Of a DNA stretch of 64,000 nt, positions 28,834 through 38,416 are shown piece by piece (position 1 is the first letter of the stretch; each line of letters opens with the position of its first letter). The notes below the pieces were generated by a model. The model searched no databases. It saw only the letters and a list, made by a program, of their open reading frames with translations, and was not told the origin of the DNA. Both the position numbers and the translations under genes were made by a program. The stretch spans positions 211,005 to 275,004 of the forward strand of contig CAWHNS010000021.1 in assembly GCA_963830715.1 (NCBI GenBank), in the 5' to 3' direction. The DNA is from an uncultured delta proteobacterium. Its GTDB lineage: Bacteria > Desulfobacterota > Binatia > Binatales > Binataceae.

Positions 28834-28956
28834 CCGACGTACCTATCAGTATGAATAATACTGTCGGGTAGCTATTACAAGGGGTTGTAATCCAGGGTTT
28901 ATCGAGAATTAACAAGCGGTTGACGGACCGCGGCCCTGGGAGTTCCCCGACCCGGC

Positions 28957-30240
28957 TCAATGCCCCGCGCGGGACATCGCCTCGGTGGTGAAGAAGTCGC
29001 GATGGACCGCGCCCATGTTGATGTACCAGCATTCGCGCTCCGGCGTCTCGTGCCCCGGCAGATAACACGTGGTAGCGATTCCCGTCTGCACGTCAACGCT
29101 GGAAGCGGCCACCACGAACTGGCGCTTGAACGGGTAGATGGCGACCCTGGCGTCGGGCACCGGCCGGTCCCGATCCGTCAGCCAGTAGATTTGCGTTTTC
29201 CAGAGCTGGCCGCGCCGATCGTAGCTGTCCACGTATGGATTGAACCACTCCTCGCCGTCGACATAGACGATGGTCTTCGATTGCAGCACGCCGGCGATCC
29301 GTTCCGCCCGCGGCGTGACCTCGACGATGTACATGTGCCGCATCTCCCAGTTTTCGGGGCACGAAGTCACGTGCCCGTCAGTCGGGCAGATCTGGGCCGG
29401 CGAATGGATCGCGTGGACGCTGGCCAGCATATCGCGAGTGCCGAGGAACTTGTAATTGTACTCCTCGGGCTTGGCTGCGAACCCTCCCGCGTGGTCGGAA
29501 TCCCAGGTGCTGAGACCGGGCGAGGAAGTCAGAATCACCTCGTTGAGGCGCCGAATACGCCGGGTCTGCGAGAGATATATCCACGCGTCGTCGGCGCGGT
29601 TGGCATCCCAATAACGATAGCGCAGGCCCCCGGTCCCCTTTTCCTCCGCCGGCGAGAGCAGAGGATAGCCGGCCGCATACCGCCAGACTCCGGTTCGCTT
29701 GAAATCCGGATCGATCGGCAGCGGCTCAACCTCGGTGCGGCCAAGGTTCGAATAGCCGGCCAGGTGTCCGATCTGCACGTAGAGCATATCGTTGCCGGGG
29801 CCCCGGGGATTGAACGTTGCGACCCGGCACTCGAAGAATCGCAGGTCGTAATCGTCGGTCGTGATCGGCCGGAAATTCGAATTCCACATGATCTTGGTCG
29901 CGACGTCGGGGTCATTGGGATCGAGCAGCGGAAACGGCTGCCCGGCGACGTAACCGACGAGACTCCGATGGTCGCGCGAAAGCCGCACCTGGGATGAATA
30001 CTTCTCGGTCGCCTCGAAGTATGGCGGCGGATAGTCGATTCGTTGCGGCGCGACCACATCGATCTCCATTCCCTTCGTGACCGCAACATATGTTCCCGGG
30101 CTCACCAGGTCTTTCACCTGCGCCGCATTGGCAGCGGTGATTTTGTCCCCGGGCTTCACACCCGCGCGGACGCTCGTCGGAACCATCAGGACTATCGCTG
30201 CCAACGCCGCACACACGAACCGGCCACAAGACCCAAGCAT
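28957..30240 (-). CDS. DUF1329-like (LolA-fold related) secreted protein
   Basis: Signal peptide and size about 427 aa. Motifs such as STWDSDHAGGFAAKPEEYNYKFLG resemble DUF1329 as I recall it. ATG at 30240 has a GAGGAGG RBS. Confidence 0.55.
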   Translation of the reverse strand: MLGSCGRFVCAALAAIVLMVPTSVRAGVKPGDKITAANAAQVKDLVSPGTYVAVTKGMEIDVVAPQRIDYPPPYFEATEKYSSQVRLSRDHRSLVGYVAGQPFPLLDPNDPDVATKIMWNSNFRPITTDDYDLRFFECRVATFNPRGPGNDMLYVQIGHLAGYSNLGRTEVEPLPIDPDFKRTGVWRYAAGYPLLSPAEEKGTGGLRYRYWDANRADDAWIYLSQTRRIRRLNEVILTSSPGLSTWDSDHAGGFAAKPEEYNYKFLGTRDMLASVHAIHSPAQICPTDGHVTSCPENWEMRHMYIVEVTPRAERIAGVLQSKTIVYVDGEEWFNPYVDSYDRRGQLWKTQIYWLTDRDRPVPDARVAIYPFKRQFVVAASSVDVQTGIATTCYLPGHETPERECWYINMGAVHRDFFTTEAMSRAGH

Positions 30241-30488
30241 CGAAGACCTCCTCATGCTAAAAGGCGCCCCATTTCCGGCCCGACCTTCGCCCGCTCTTCC
30301 TGGCGGAATCGAGGGAACCTAGCGTTTATAGCGTTTTGGGGCGCGATCGGCGAGCGGAAAAGCGTAGCGGCCGGCTTGGCATTGACCCGTCCACCCGGGC
30401 CCGATGCGGGCCATCCGGATATCGGCGCGAGCGCCGGGCCTCCGACGACTTCGTTACAGCACAGGCTTCCAACCTGCGAAGAGCCGGG

Positions 30489-30764
30489 TTAGAGGTCCGT
30501 GACCACCGTGCTGACCATCGGGCCGATCGGTCGGCTGACAGCGTGACATGCGACCAGGGCCGCGACCAGCGCGACCGCGAGAATCAGCGCGTGCTCGGTC
30601 CGGGAACTGTGGCCCCTACCGTAGCGGGACTTCGTCCCGGGCAGGGGGCGCGCGTCTACGCGGCCCGCGGCTTCCCGCGCCTTCCTGGCGATCGCGAGCT
30701 CGGAGCGGGTCGGGCCCGCGTCCGGACGCATCGTGGGTCTTCTGCTGATATACGAGGCCGCCAT
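30489..30764 (-). CDS. Hypothetical small protein with a C-terminal TM helix
   Basis: ATG start, GC3-rich codons, ALILAVALVAALVA helix. No RBS seen and no recognised homology. Confidence 0.3.
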   Translation of the reverse strand: MAASYISRRPTMRPDAGPTRSELAIARKAREAAGRVDARPLPGTKSRYGRGHSSRTEHALILAVALVAALVACHAVSRPIGPMVSTVVTDL

Positions 30765-30948
30765 CGCGATTAACCGCTAATCACCTGTCAAAACGATACT
30801 TCATGTATGGCGCAATCCAGTCAAGAATCGTTTTGGTTAACTAATATAACTGGCTGTAGGCCGGACGCAGCGGAGCGGCCGGGCGGAAACCCCCGCGCGG
30901 CTTGTGGGCGCATCCGGCTGGTTGCTATAAACCGGCGCGAGGGAGACT

Positions 30949-32111
30949 GTGACGGCCGGTCCAATCGATGGCGAGTGCGAGCCGCGCTTTGGCGCGGTCA
31001 AAGAGGCATTCGCTGATAACTTCGACGTCGGCGGCGAGGTCGGCGCCGCGGTGGCGGTCACCCTCGACGGACGCCCGCTGGTCGATCTGTGGGGCGGACA
31101 TGCGGATCGCGAGCGGACCCGCCGATGGGATCGCGACACGATCGTCAACGTTTACTCCACCACCAAGGGCTTGACCGCGATTTGCGCGCATCGGCTGGTC
31201 GATCAGGGCAAACTCGACCTCGACGCGCCGGTCGCGAAATACTGGCCCGAGTTCGCGCAAGCCGGAAAGCTGAACCTCCCGGTCCGATATCTGCTGAGCC
31301 ATCGCGCCGGCCTGCCGGCGGTAAGGGCGCCGCTCAGCCCGCAGGCGGTCTTCGATTGGAACACTATGACCCGCGCGCTGGCGGCCGAGACGCCATGGTG
31401 GGAGCCGGGCAAGCGTCACGGCTATCATGCGTTTACCTTCGGATGGCTGGTCGGTGAGGTCGTGCGGCGAATCGCGGGCAAGAGCCTGGGAACGTTCTTT
31501 CGCGAGGAAGTCGCCGCGCCGCTCGGACTCGATTGCCACATCGGTCTCGACGCGAAGCATGACGCGCGAGTCGCTGAGATAATCGGCGAACCACCGCCGC
31601 CCCCCGGCCAACCCGGTATCTTTGCCGAAATCGCGAAGAACCCCGAATCCGTGACCGCGAAGGCGATCGCCAACCCGCCAACCATGATGCTGCCTGAGAC
31701 CGCAAACTCCCGCGCGTGGCGCGCCGCCGAGATGCCCGCGGTGAACGGCCACACCACCGCGAGGGCGCTCGCCCGCCTCTACGGAGCGCTGTCGCGCGGC
31801 GGCGAGATCGATGGAATCGGGGTGCTCACTCCGGCTTCGATCGAGCGATGCTACACGGAGCAATCGAGCGGGAACGACGCGGTCCTACTGGTCTTCACGC
31901 GATGGTCGTTGGGCTTCGCGCTGTCGCAGCCCAAATCAGCCTTCGGACCCAATCCGCATTCGTTCGGCCATCCGGTGCCGGCGGATCGGTCGGCTATGCT
32001 GATCCGGACGCACGGATCGGCTTCGGCTACGTGATGAACCAGCGGCTCAGCAGCGTCCTGCTCGACGCGCGCGCGCTCAGGCTGATCGACGCAGTCTACG
32101 CCTCGCTGTAG
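30949..32111 (+). CDS. Serine hydrolase, class C beta-lactamase/EstB-like, apparent frameshift near 31968-31978
   Basis: SxxK motif YSTTKGLTA. The C-terminus GAGGSVGYADPDARIGFGYVMNQ... continues in the adjacent frame. The span is 1163 nt (3n+2). Confidence 0.8.
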
Positions 32112-32142
32112 AGTTTTATGAATTCGCGGCGGGTTCGAGCCC

Positions 32143-33792
32143 CTAGCTTCTCCCGATAATGGCGCGGGCCGAGATCTGATGAGTCGCCACGGGCGGCGAG
32201 CCGCCGATGTGGAACGATCGCGCCCGGTTTTCGATTTCCAGGTCCGACGCAACCGCGCGCTCGTGCTGGCGCATATGCTCCACCCACGACTCGATGACGA
32301 AGTACTCCAGAAAGCGTCCCGGCTGCGCCGCATCGAAGAACAGACCCCAGAAAATCGCGCCGTCGCGCAGCCTGATCGGGCGCAAATCGCGCATCGCGCT
32401 CTCGAACTCGGCTGCTGACTCGGGCTTGATCAGATATTCGACCGTGACCATTACGGGACCGCTGTCGAGATCGATGTCGGCGGCGAGCGCCGGCGCCGGC
32501 CAGTGCGGCGCGGGATTCAGATCGATCTCGCCGTCGTCGGCGACGCGGAACCAGATCATCGGCCCGAGGCCGATTACCATCGCCGCGGCGGCCAGCACCA
32601 GCGACGCCGGCACTCCTTGCCGCTCTGCCACGAGGCCCCACAGCGCGCTCCCTCCAGCCATCGCGCCCTGCACCACGATCTGGAAGCAGGCGAGCGCGCG
32701 TCCCTGTACCCATCCCGGAACGGACAACTGGGCCGCGACATTCAGCGCGGACATTGCGATCACCCATCCGACCCCGCCAATCACCATCAGCGCAGACGCG
32801 AGTGCGAAGTTCGCCGAGGCGGCGAGGCCGGCGAGCACCACGGCGAACGCCGCCGCCGCGATGCCGATGAGCGCGTTACGCGAGATTACCTGCTCCAGGC
32901 GGGTGAGCGCCGCTCCACCGGCGATCGCGCCGCCGCCGAATGCCGCGAGCAACAGTCCGTACCCGTCCGCATCCACCCGGAGCTGTTGGCGCGCCAGCAG
33001 CGGCAGGATTGCCCAGACCGCGCTTCCGCCGATTACGAATGCGCTCGTGCGCACCATCACGGCTCTCAAGGGCGGAGCGTATCGCACGTAGCGCAGTCCG
33101 CTGCGAATCGCCCCGAGCAGGCGCTCAGCGGGCAGAATTCCCGGCTCCGGTTGGCGCCTCCACAGGTACAGCACGGCCATCACACCGAGGAACGAGAGCG
33201 CATTGAGCATGAAGGTCGCGCCGGCGCCCGCCGAGGCGACAATGGCGCCGCCGAGCGCCGGACCGATCGCGCGCGCAGCGTTGAAGTTGATTCCGCCCAG
33301 CGCGACAGCCGGGGCCAATTCTTCGTGCGGAACCAGCTCGGGGATGATCGCCTGCCAGGCAGCGCATTCAGGGCGGAACCGATTCCGAGCGCGAAACTCA
33401 ACCCGAGCACCAGCCACGGCGTCATCATGTGCGCGATAGTAAGAGACCCCGAGCGCCGCCGCCGCGATCAGCATCCATCCCTGCGAGAAGAGCAGGAGCC
33501 TGCGCCGATCCACGATGTCCGCCAGCGCTCCGGCGGGCAGCGCCAGCAGCAGGATCGGGAGACTCGATGCGGTCTGAATCAGCGCAACCATCAGCGGCGA
33601 CGGCGAGAGCGAGGTCATCAACCACGCTGCGCCGACATTCTGCATCCAGGTGCCGATGTTCGAGACCAGGGAGGCAATCGAGAGCGCGAGGAAAAGACGA
33701 TGCGCCAGCACGCGCCAGACGGAGCCGGGCGCTTCGGGTCGCGGCCTGCGCGTCATCGGGCGCGGGCCGTGGTATGCGACAAATCCGCTCAA
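32143..33792 (-). CDS. MFS transporter (EntS/MFS_3-like) with a C-terminal alpha+beta-barrel (ABM-like) domain; contains an internal compensated frame error
   Basis: 12-TM MFS core. Residues read from 33445 down to 33358 are charged junk in the ORF-track frame but read SLTIAHMMTPWLVLGLSFALGIGSALNA in the adjacent frame, rejoining at AWQAIIPELV. Confidence 0.8.
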   Translation of the reverse strand: MSGFVAYHGPRPMTRRPRPEAPGSVWRVLAHRLFLALSIASLVSNIGTWMQNVGAAWLMTSLSPSPLMVALIQTASSLPILLLALPAGALADIVDRRRLLLFSQGWMLIAAAALGVSYYRAHDDAVAGARVEFRARNRFRPECAAWQAIIPELVPHEELAPAVALGGINFNAARAIGPALGGAIVASAGAGATFMLNALSFLGVMAVLYLWRRQPEPGILPAERLLGAIRSGLRYVRYAPPLRAVMVRTSAFVIGGSAVWAILPLLARQQLRVDADGYGLLLAAFGGGAIAGGAALTRLEQVISRNALIGIAAAAFAVVLAGLAASANFALASALMVIGGVGWVIAMSALNVAAQLSVPGWVQGRALACFQIVVQGAMAGGSALWGLVAERQGVPASLVLAAAAMVIGLGPMIWFRVADDGEIDLNPAPHWPAPALAADIDLDSGPVMVTVEYLIKPESAAEFESAMRDLRPIRLRDGAIFWGLFFDAAQPGRFLEYFVIESWVEHMRQHERAVASDLEIENRARSFHIGGSPPVATHQISARAIIGRS

Positions 33793-33932
33793 TGTGAACT
33801 TTGCCGGCCAAAGGCCGCCGCGCCGGGCCGTGATGCAATTGTGCCTAGCGCAGCGGCGTCAACCAAGCCTGATGATCCGCGCGCGCCCGCATCGCTTGAC
33901 ATGCGAGCGGCCATGCGGAACACAGGTGCATC

Positions 33933-35468
33933 GTGGATGCGATCGATTCAGCGAAGCCGCAGTCCCCGGCGCCCCGCGATTCGCGACCTCCGGAGAGGAA
34001 CGAGTCGCCGGACGCCTCCGGGGAGAGACCGCAGTTGTTGCGATGGTCCCGGACCGACTCGATCCTCATCGGCGGACTGCTGCTCGCAGCCGCGGCGACC
34101 CGCTTGCCCGGCCTCGGAAATCCCGCCGAGTTGGTCTATGACGAAAAGTTCCCCGTCACGACTGCCCGCTACCTTCTGCAACGAGTGCCTTATCGCAACA
34201 CCCATCTGCCGCTGGCCGGAGAGCTGATCGCGATCAGCATCCGGGTCTTCGGTGATCGGCCGTGGAGCTGGCGGCTTCCCGACGCGCTGACGGGCATCGC
34301 GCTCGTCGGCATCACGTACCTGCTGGGGCGGCGGCTCTTCAACTCGCGTCTGGCGAGCGCACTCGCGGCGATCCTGGTCACTTGCGACGGCTTGTTCCTG
34401 GTCGAATCGCGGCTCGCGATGTGGGAGATTTTCTTTCTCACCTTTGCCGCGTGCTCATACCTGATGCTGTTCCGGTTCGCGCAAACGGCCGATCCGGTCA
34501 CGCGCCGCAGGTCGCTCGTATGGCTCGGGGTTGCGATCGGCCTGTGCCTCGGATCGAAGCTCGGAATGCCGTTCGTTACTTACGCGCTGGTGGCGGGTTC
34601 GCTCGCGATTGTCATCCTGCGTCTCGAGGCCGGCCGGCATGTGATCGAAGGGGAGAGGATGCGGCTGGCGCGTCACCTGATGGGGTCCCTGGCTCTCGTC
34701 GGGGGGCTTGGCGCACTGGTTTATCTTGCGCTGTTCCTCCCCTACTATTGGTTCGGATGGTGGCGCGGGATCGAGGATCAGATCGCCTACTACCAGGCCG
34801 AGCTTCGATACCAGCAGAGTCTCACGCCGTGGCATTCGTATGCGTCGCCGTGGTGGAGTTGGCCGCTGTTGCTTCGGCCGATCCGACTCTGGAGGCAGCA
34901 GAACTACTTGCGGCTTCCGGGCGGAGAGGTCGCCTCGATCCGGTCGATCGGAAATCCGATCGTATGGTGGCTGGTGGTGATTGCGATTCCGCTGGCGGCG
35001 GCCAGAGCGATCATGCGCAAGGACGGCGCCTTCGCGTTCGTCGTTCTCGGATATGCGATCTACCTGGCGGTCTGGATCCCGGTCAGCCGTTACCAGTTCA
35101 TCTACTATTATTTGCCCTCGCTCTACCTCGGCATTCTCGCGCTCGCCGCGGTGCTCGCGGAATGCTGGCGCGGCGAGACGCGATTCGCGGAGCACGCGGC
35201 GCTTCTGACGGCCCTGCTGCCGGCCCTGATCCTCGGCCTGGGTGCGGGCCTCGGGACGCTGGGCGTCGGTGCAATGGCCACCGGTTATCTGATCTCCCTG
35301 CGCCGGGGCGAGCGATACGCAGGGCGCTTTGTCTGCGTGATGACCATGACCGCCGCGTTTGCCGCATTTGTCTATTTCCTTCCAATCCTGACCGCGACAC
35401 TAACGAGCTCCGGGGCCTTTCGGGCAAGGATGTGGCTGCGCGGCCCCGGCCTGGCCAACTGGATGTAG
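33933..35468 (+). CDS. GT39/PMT-family (ArnT-like, GT-C) lipid-carrier-dependent glycosyltransferase
   Basis: Polytopic protein with an early loop VYDEKFPVTTARYLL (the DE motif of PMT/GT-C). 511 aa. Confidence 0.75.
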   Translation: MDAIDSAKPQSPAPRDSRPPERNESPDASGERPQLLRWSRTDSILIGGLLLAAAATRLPGLGNPAELVYDEKFPVTTARYLLQRVPYRNTHLPLAGELIAISIRVFGDRPWSWRLPDALTGIALVGITYLLGRRLFNSRLASALAAILVTCDGLFLVESRLAMWEIFFLTFAACSYLMLFRFAQTADPVTRRRSLVWLGVAIGLCLGSKLGMPFVTYALVAGSLAIVILRLEAGRHVIEGERMRLARHLMGSLALVGGLGALVYLALFLPYYWFGWWRGIEDQIAYYQAELRYQQSLTPWHSYASPWWSWPLLLRPIRLWRQQNYLRLPGGEVASIRSIGNPIVWWLVVIAIPLAAARAIMRKDGAFAFVVLGYAIYLAVWIPVSRYQFIYYYLPSLYLGILALAAVLAECWRGETRFAEHAALLTALLPALILGLGAGLGTLGVGAMATGYLISLRRGERYAGRFVCVMTMTAAFAAFVYFLPILTATLTSSGAFRARMWLRGPGLANWM

Positions 35469-35487
35469 TCGGGAACCTGCAAAGGCA

Positions 35488-36262
35488 ATGAGCGCGAAAC
35501 GCCAGCGAGCAGCCGCGAAAGCCCCTGTGCTTGCGACTGTAATTGTCGTGCTGTCGATCGCTTTTGGGTCGTCCAACGGAGCGTCGGCTGCGGGCGACCA
35601 GAACTTGCTGCGCAACGCCCCGTTGACCGAGGGCGCCGGCGGCGTGCCGAGCGATTGGCGAGCCGCCAGCCACAATGAATCTGCGAATGACGGTTTCCTG
35701 TGGGTGCGTCAGCCGGGTTCCGACGCCGAGTTGCGGCTGATTAACGCCAGGCCCGACCTTTCCCACTGGGGTCAGACTGTCAGCCTGAGTCGTGGCTGGT
35801 ATCGCCTGACCGGCGCGATGCGCGCCGAAGGTCTCCAGCCCAACCGCGATTGGGCGCTGATCGGGATTCACCTTCAGAGGAACACCTATGGGTTATCATT
35901 CCCTGATCCCGCCGACTCGGCCGGCTGGAAAACGGGTACTTTGTATTTCAAGGTTGGCAAGCCTCAAACCATCGAGATCACCTGCGAACTTGAAGGGAGC
36001 GGCGATGTTTCGTTCCGGAACTCTGATGCTGATCGAAGTCTCGGCTGCGCCTCCCGCCTCCGCCCGGCAGATCGATCTTGACTCGATCCCGGGGCGCCCG
36101 CCCTTCGACATGTCGGTTCCGCCGGAGCCATTCGACCCGCCGACCGGCCATCCGTGGACGCTTCCGGCAACGATGACGCTGCTCGCGGCAATCGCGATCT
36201 CGGGCTGGCTGATGCTGGGGGCTGAGGAGTCCGGCGTCCGAAAGGACCGCCGGGATCGCTAG
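35488..36262 (+). CDS. Secreted jelly-roll/CBM-like protein with a C-terminal TM anchor, apparent frameshift near 35990-36010
   Basis: Signal peptide, then NLLRNAPLTEG..VPSDWRA. The C-terminal part MFRSGTLMLIEVSAAPP...TM continues in another frame. The span is 775 nt (3n+1). Confidence 0.45.
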
Positions 36263-36326
36263 ACGCGATGCTTTCCCTGCAAACCCAACCTGCACGCGAC
36301 TCCGGCCACTCTCATCTGGCGGAGAA

Positions 36327-37085
36327 ATGATGGACGCAAAAATCATTATCTTCTCACTCCCCAGAAGCGGCAGCACGACGCTCGCCAGCATCCTGGAGTG
36401 CGATCCCGGGATTCGTTTCGCCTACGAGCCGTTCAACCCGGGCCAGATGCGCCGCCGCAATTGCGCTGAAGGGCTCCGCGACGAAGCGTCGATCGGCGCG
36501 GCCCTGGATGGAATCTGGCGCACGTACGACGGAATAAAGCATGTATGGGATCACGGGATCGATCTTCCCGAGTGCCGCTTGGTCGACAGATATCTGCTCG
36601 TACAGCCCCGGACTAAGGTGATTTTCCTCAACCGGCGCAACATTCTGCGACGCCTGGTATCGGTCGCGATCAGCACGCAGACCGGATCGTGGTCATTCAC
36701 CACGGCCGCCCGGGAACGGCTGCGCACGGCTGCGCTGCAAGCGCTGGATGTCGGCGCGATTAACTTCGAGCTGCAAAAGGAGCGCGCCGCGATCGCAGAT
36801 TACCGCACTTTGCTGGCCGATTCGCGGCGCGAATTCATCGAGTGGTGGTACGAAGATCTCTTCGCGGACGGCAGGTCCCTGGACGAGCAGCTTCAGAAGC
36901 TGACGGAACTCTTTTCCTTCCTGGGGCTTGCGTCATTCGACGTCAGAACCTCACCGAACGTTCGATCGCTCCTGAACCCGCTCAATGGCCGCCTCAATTC
37001 GACCGAAACCTACGCGCGCATCCCGAACGCGTCGGAGGTCGAGCGGCAGCTCGGATCGGACGAGACCGGCTGGCTGTTTGCGTAA
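36327..37085 (+). CDS. Stf0-type sulfotransferase
   Basis: 5'-PSB loop FSLPRSGSTTLASIL and FLNRRNILRRLVSVAISTQTGSW, which matches the Stf0 family pattern as I recall it. GGAGAA RBS. Confidence 0.7.
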   Translation: MMDAKIIIFSLPRSGSTTLASILECDPGIRFAYEPFNPGQMRRRNCAEGLRDEASIGAALDGIWRTYDGIKHVWDHGIDLPECRLVDRYLLVQPRTKVIFLNRRNILRRLVSVAISTQTGSWSFTTAARERLRTAALQALDVGAINFELQKERAAIADYRTLLADSRREFIEWWYEDLFADGRSLDEQLQKLTELFSFLGLASFDVRTSPNVRSLLNPLNGRLNSTETYARIPNASEVERQLGSDETGWLFA

Positions 37086-37181
37086 ATTTCGCGGCGAACG
37101 CGATAATCGGGCAGGATTTGATACCCGGGCCGGCGCCTCGCCGGGTTCCATCGCGCCGCTCTCGGGCTTTCGGAGAATATC

Positions 37182-37261
37182 CCTGGAAAGCCGGCTTGAG
37201 GAACGCCGCCGGGAACGACCTGAGTAGCTGGCGCAGGAATCCGGTCGCATAGGCAATATGG
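37182..37261. repeat. 80-bp direct repeat, copy A (76/80 identical to 38371-38450)
   Basis: Hand alignment shows 4 mismatches. Copy A ends in the ATG of the 37258 gene. On the minus strand it encodes a relic ...SHIAYATGFLRQLLRSFPAAF, copied from the GT2 gene tail. Confidence 0.85.
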
Positions 37262-38416
37262 CTGCAAGGAAAAAGCTGCGCGTCCTCGCGGTGGTCTCGC
37301 GATTCAAGTGGCAGCATATCGACTACCTCGCCGCACTGGCCGATCGGTTCGATCTCGCGATCGCAAGTTCGGGCGAGGGACACAAGGGCGCGGTTGAGCA
37401 CGCGAGCCGGACCGGACTTCGAATTACTCCAATCGGGCGAATCGAGGAAGTCGGCGCACCCGAGCTCGGCGCACGGCTCGCGCGGGTCGTGGACCAATGG
37501 CGACCCGATGCGGTTCACTTGATGTACTACCTTCACGAGCCGCTGGTTCCGCTCGTCCGTAGGCTTGGCGGGGATCAGACCCTGGTGGTCTTCGAGTGCC
37601 GCGATCCGCTGACCACTCTTCGCCATGCCGGGCGGGGCTCGGAGGCCTGGCACTTGGAGCATCAGGCGCTGCTCGCAAGCGATGCGCAACTCTTCGTCTC
37701 ACGAGCAGTCCGGACCTACTACGAACAGCTTCACGATCTGCAATTGGAGCAGACCTCGATCATTGTGCCTCATTCGTTCGCGCAGCGGAACGCGGGACCT
37801 CCGCGCGAGAAGTTTTCGGCGCGCGATGGCAGGACCCATCTCGCTCTCGTCGGCACCGCCGACCCGGCGCCCGGCGCCAGCCGATGGTACGGTGATATCA
37901 TTCGCCGCCTGGTCGGCCTGGGCTTCGTGGTCCATTCGCACTTCCACGAAATCCATTCGCTCGAGGCCTACTGCGCGCTCGACCGGGAACTGCCCGACTA
38001 TCATCACCATCCCACGGTTTCCCACCGCCAAGGCACGGCGCTGTCCGACATCGTCTCACGCTACGACCTTATGGGCGTGTTTCATGAGTCTCGACGCCCC
38101 CCGCAACGAGGCCATGACGCTGGCAGTCTGCATGCCGACCAAGGCGGTATGCGGATGGCTGCACGGCGCGATTCCAGTGGTATGCTTTCCTCATTACCGC
38201 GGAATCTGCGAGTGGATCGACGAACTAGGAATCGGCTTCGTCGCCGAGGGCTGGGACGATCTCGCCGGACTGTTGCGCGATCCCGGAGCGATCGCCCGCG
38301 CCGGCGAGCGTTGTCTCGCCGTTCGCTATCGCTTCACTAACGAGTGGAATGCCGATCGAATCCGGGAATTCCTGGAACGCCGGCTTGCGGAACGCCGCCG
38401 GGAGCGACCTGAGTAG
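37258..38416 (+). CDS. Hypothetical protein (possibly GT-B-like), apparent frameshift near 38085-38103 (C6 run)
   Basis: The N-terminal frame reads to ...RYDLMGVFHE. The adjacent frame continues ...NEAMTLAVCMPTKAVCGWLHGAIPVVCFPHYRGICEWIDELGIGFV. The span is 1159 nt (3n+1). Confidence 0.45.

Noticed and set aside
32503-34227. 574-aa plus-strand ORF
   Set aside because: It is antisense to the MFS transporter and runs into the GT39 gene in the wrong frame. Its composition is rich in Arg, Glu, Asp and Gln and shows no domain pattern.
36994-37689. 231-aa minus-strand ORF containing SHIAYATGFLRQLLRSFPAAF
   Set aside because: Only the ~26 codons inside repeat copy A resemble real protein (the GT2 tail). 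The rest overlaps the plus-strand 37258 gene and the sulfotransferase 3' region. I interpret it as a duplicated relic, not a gene.
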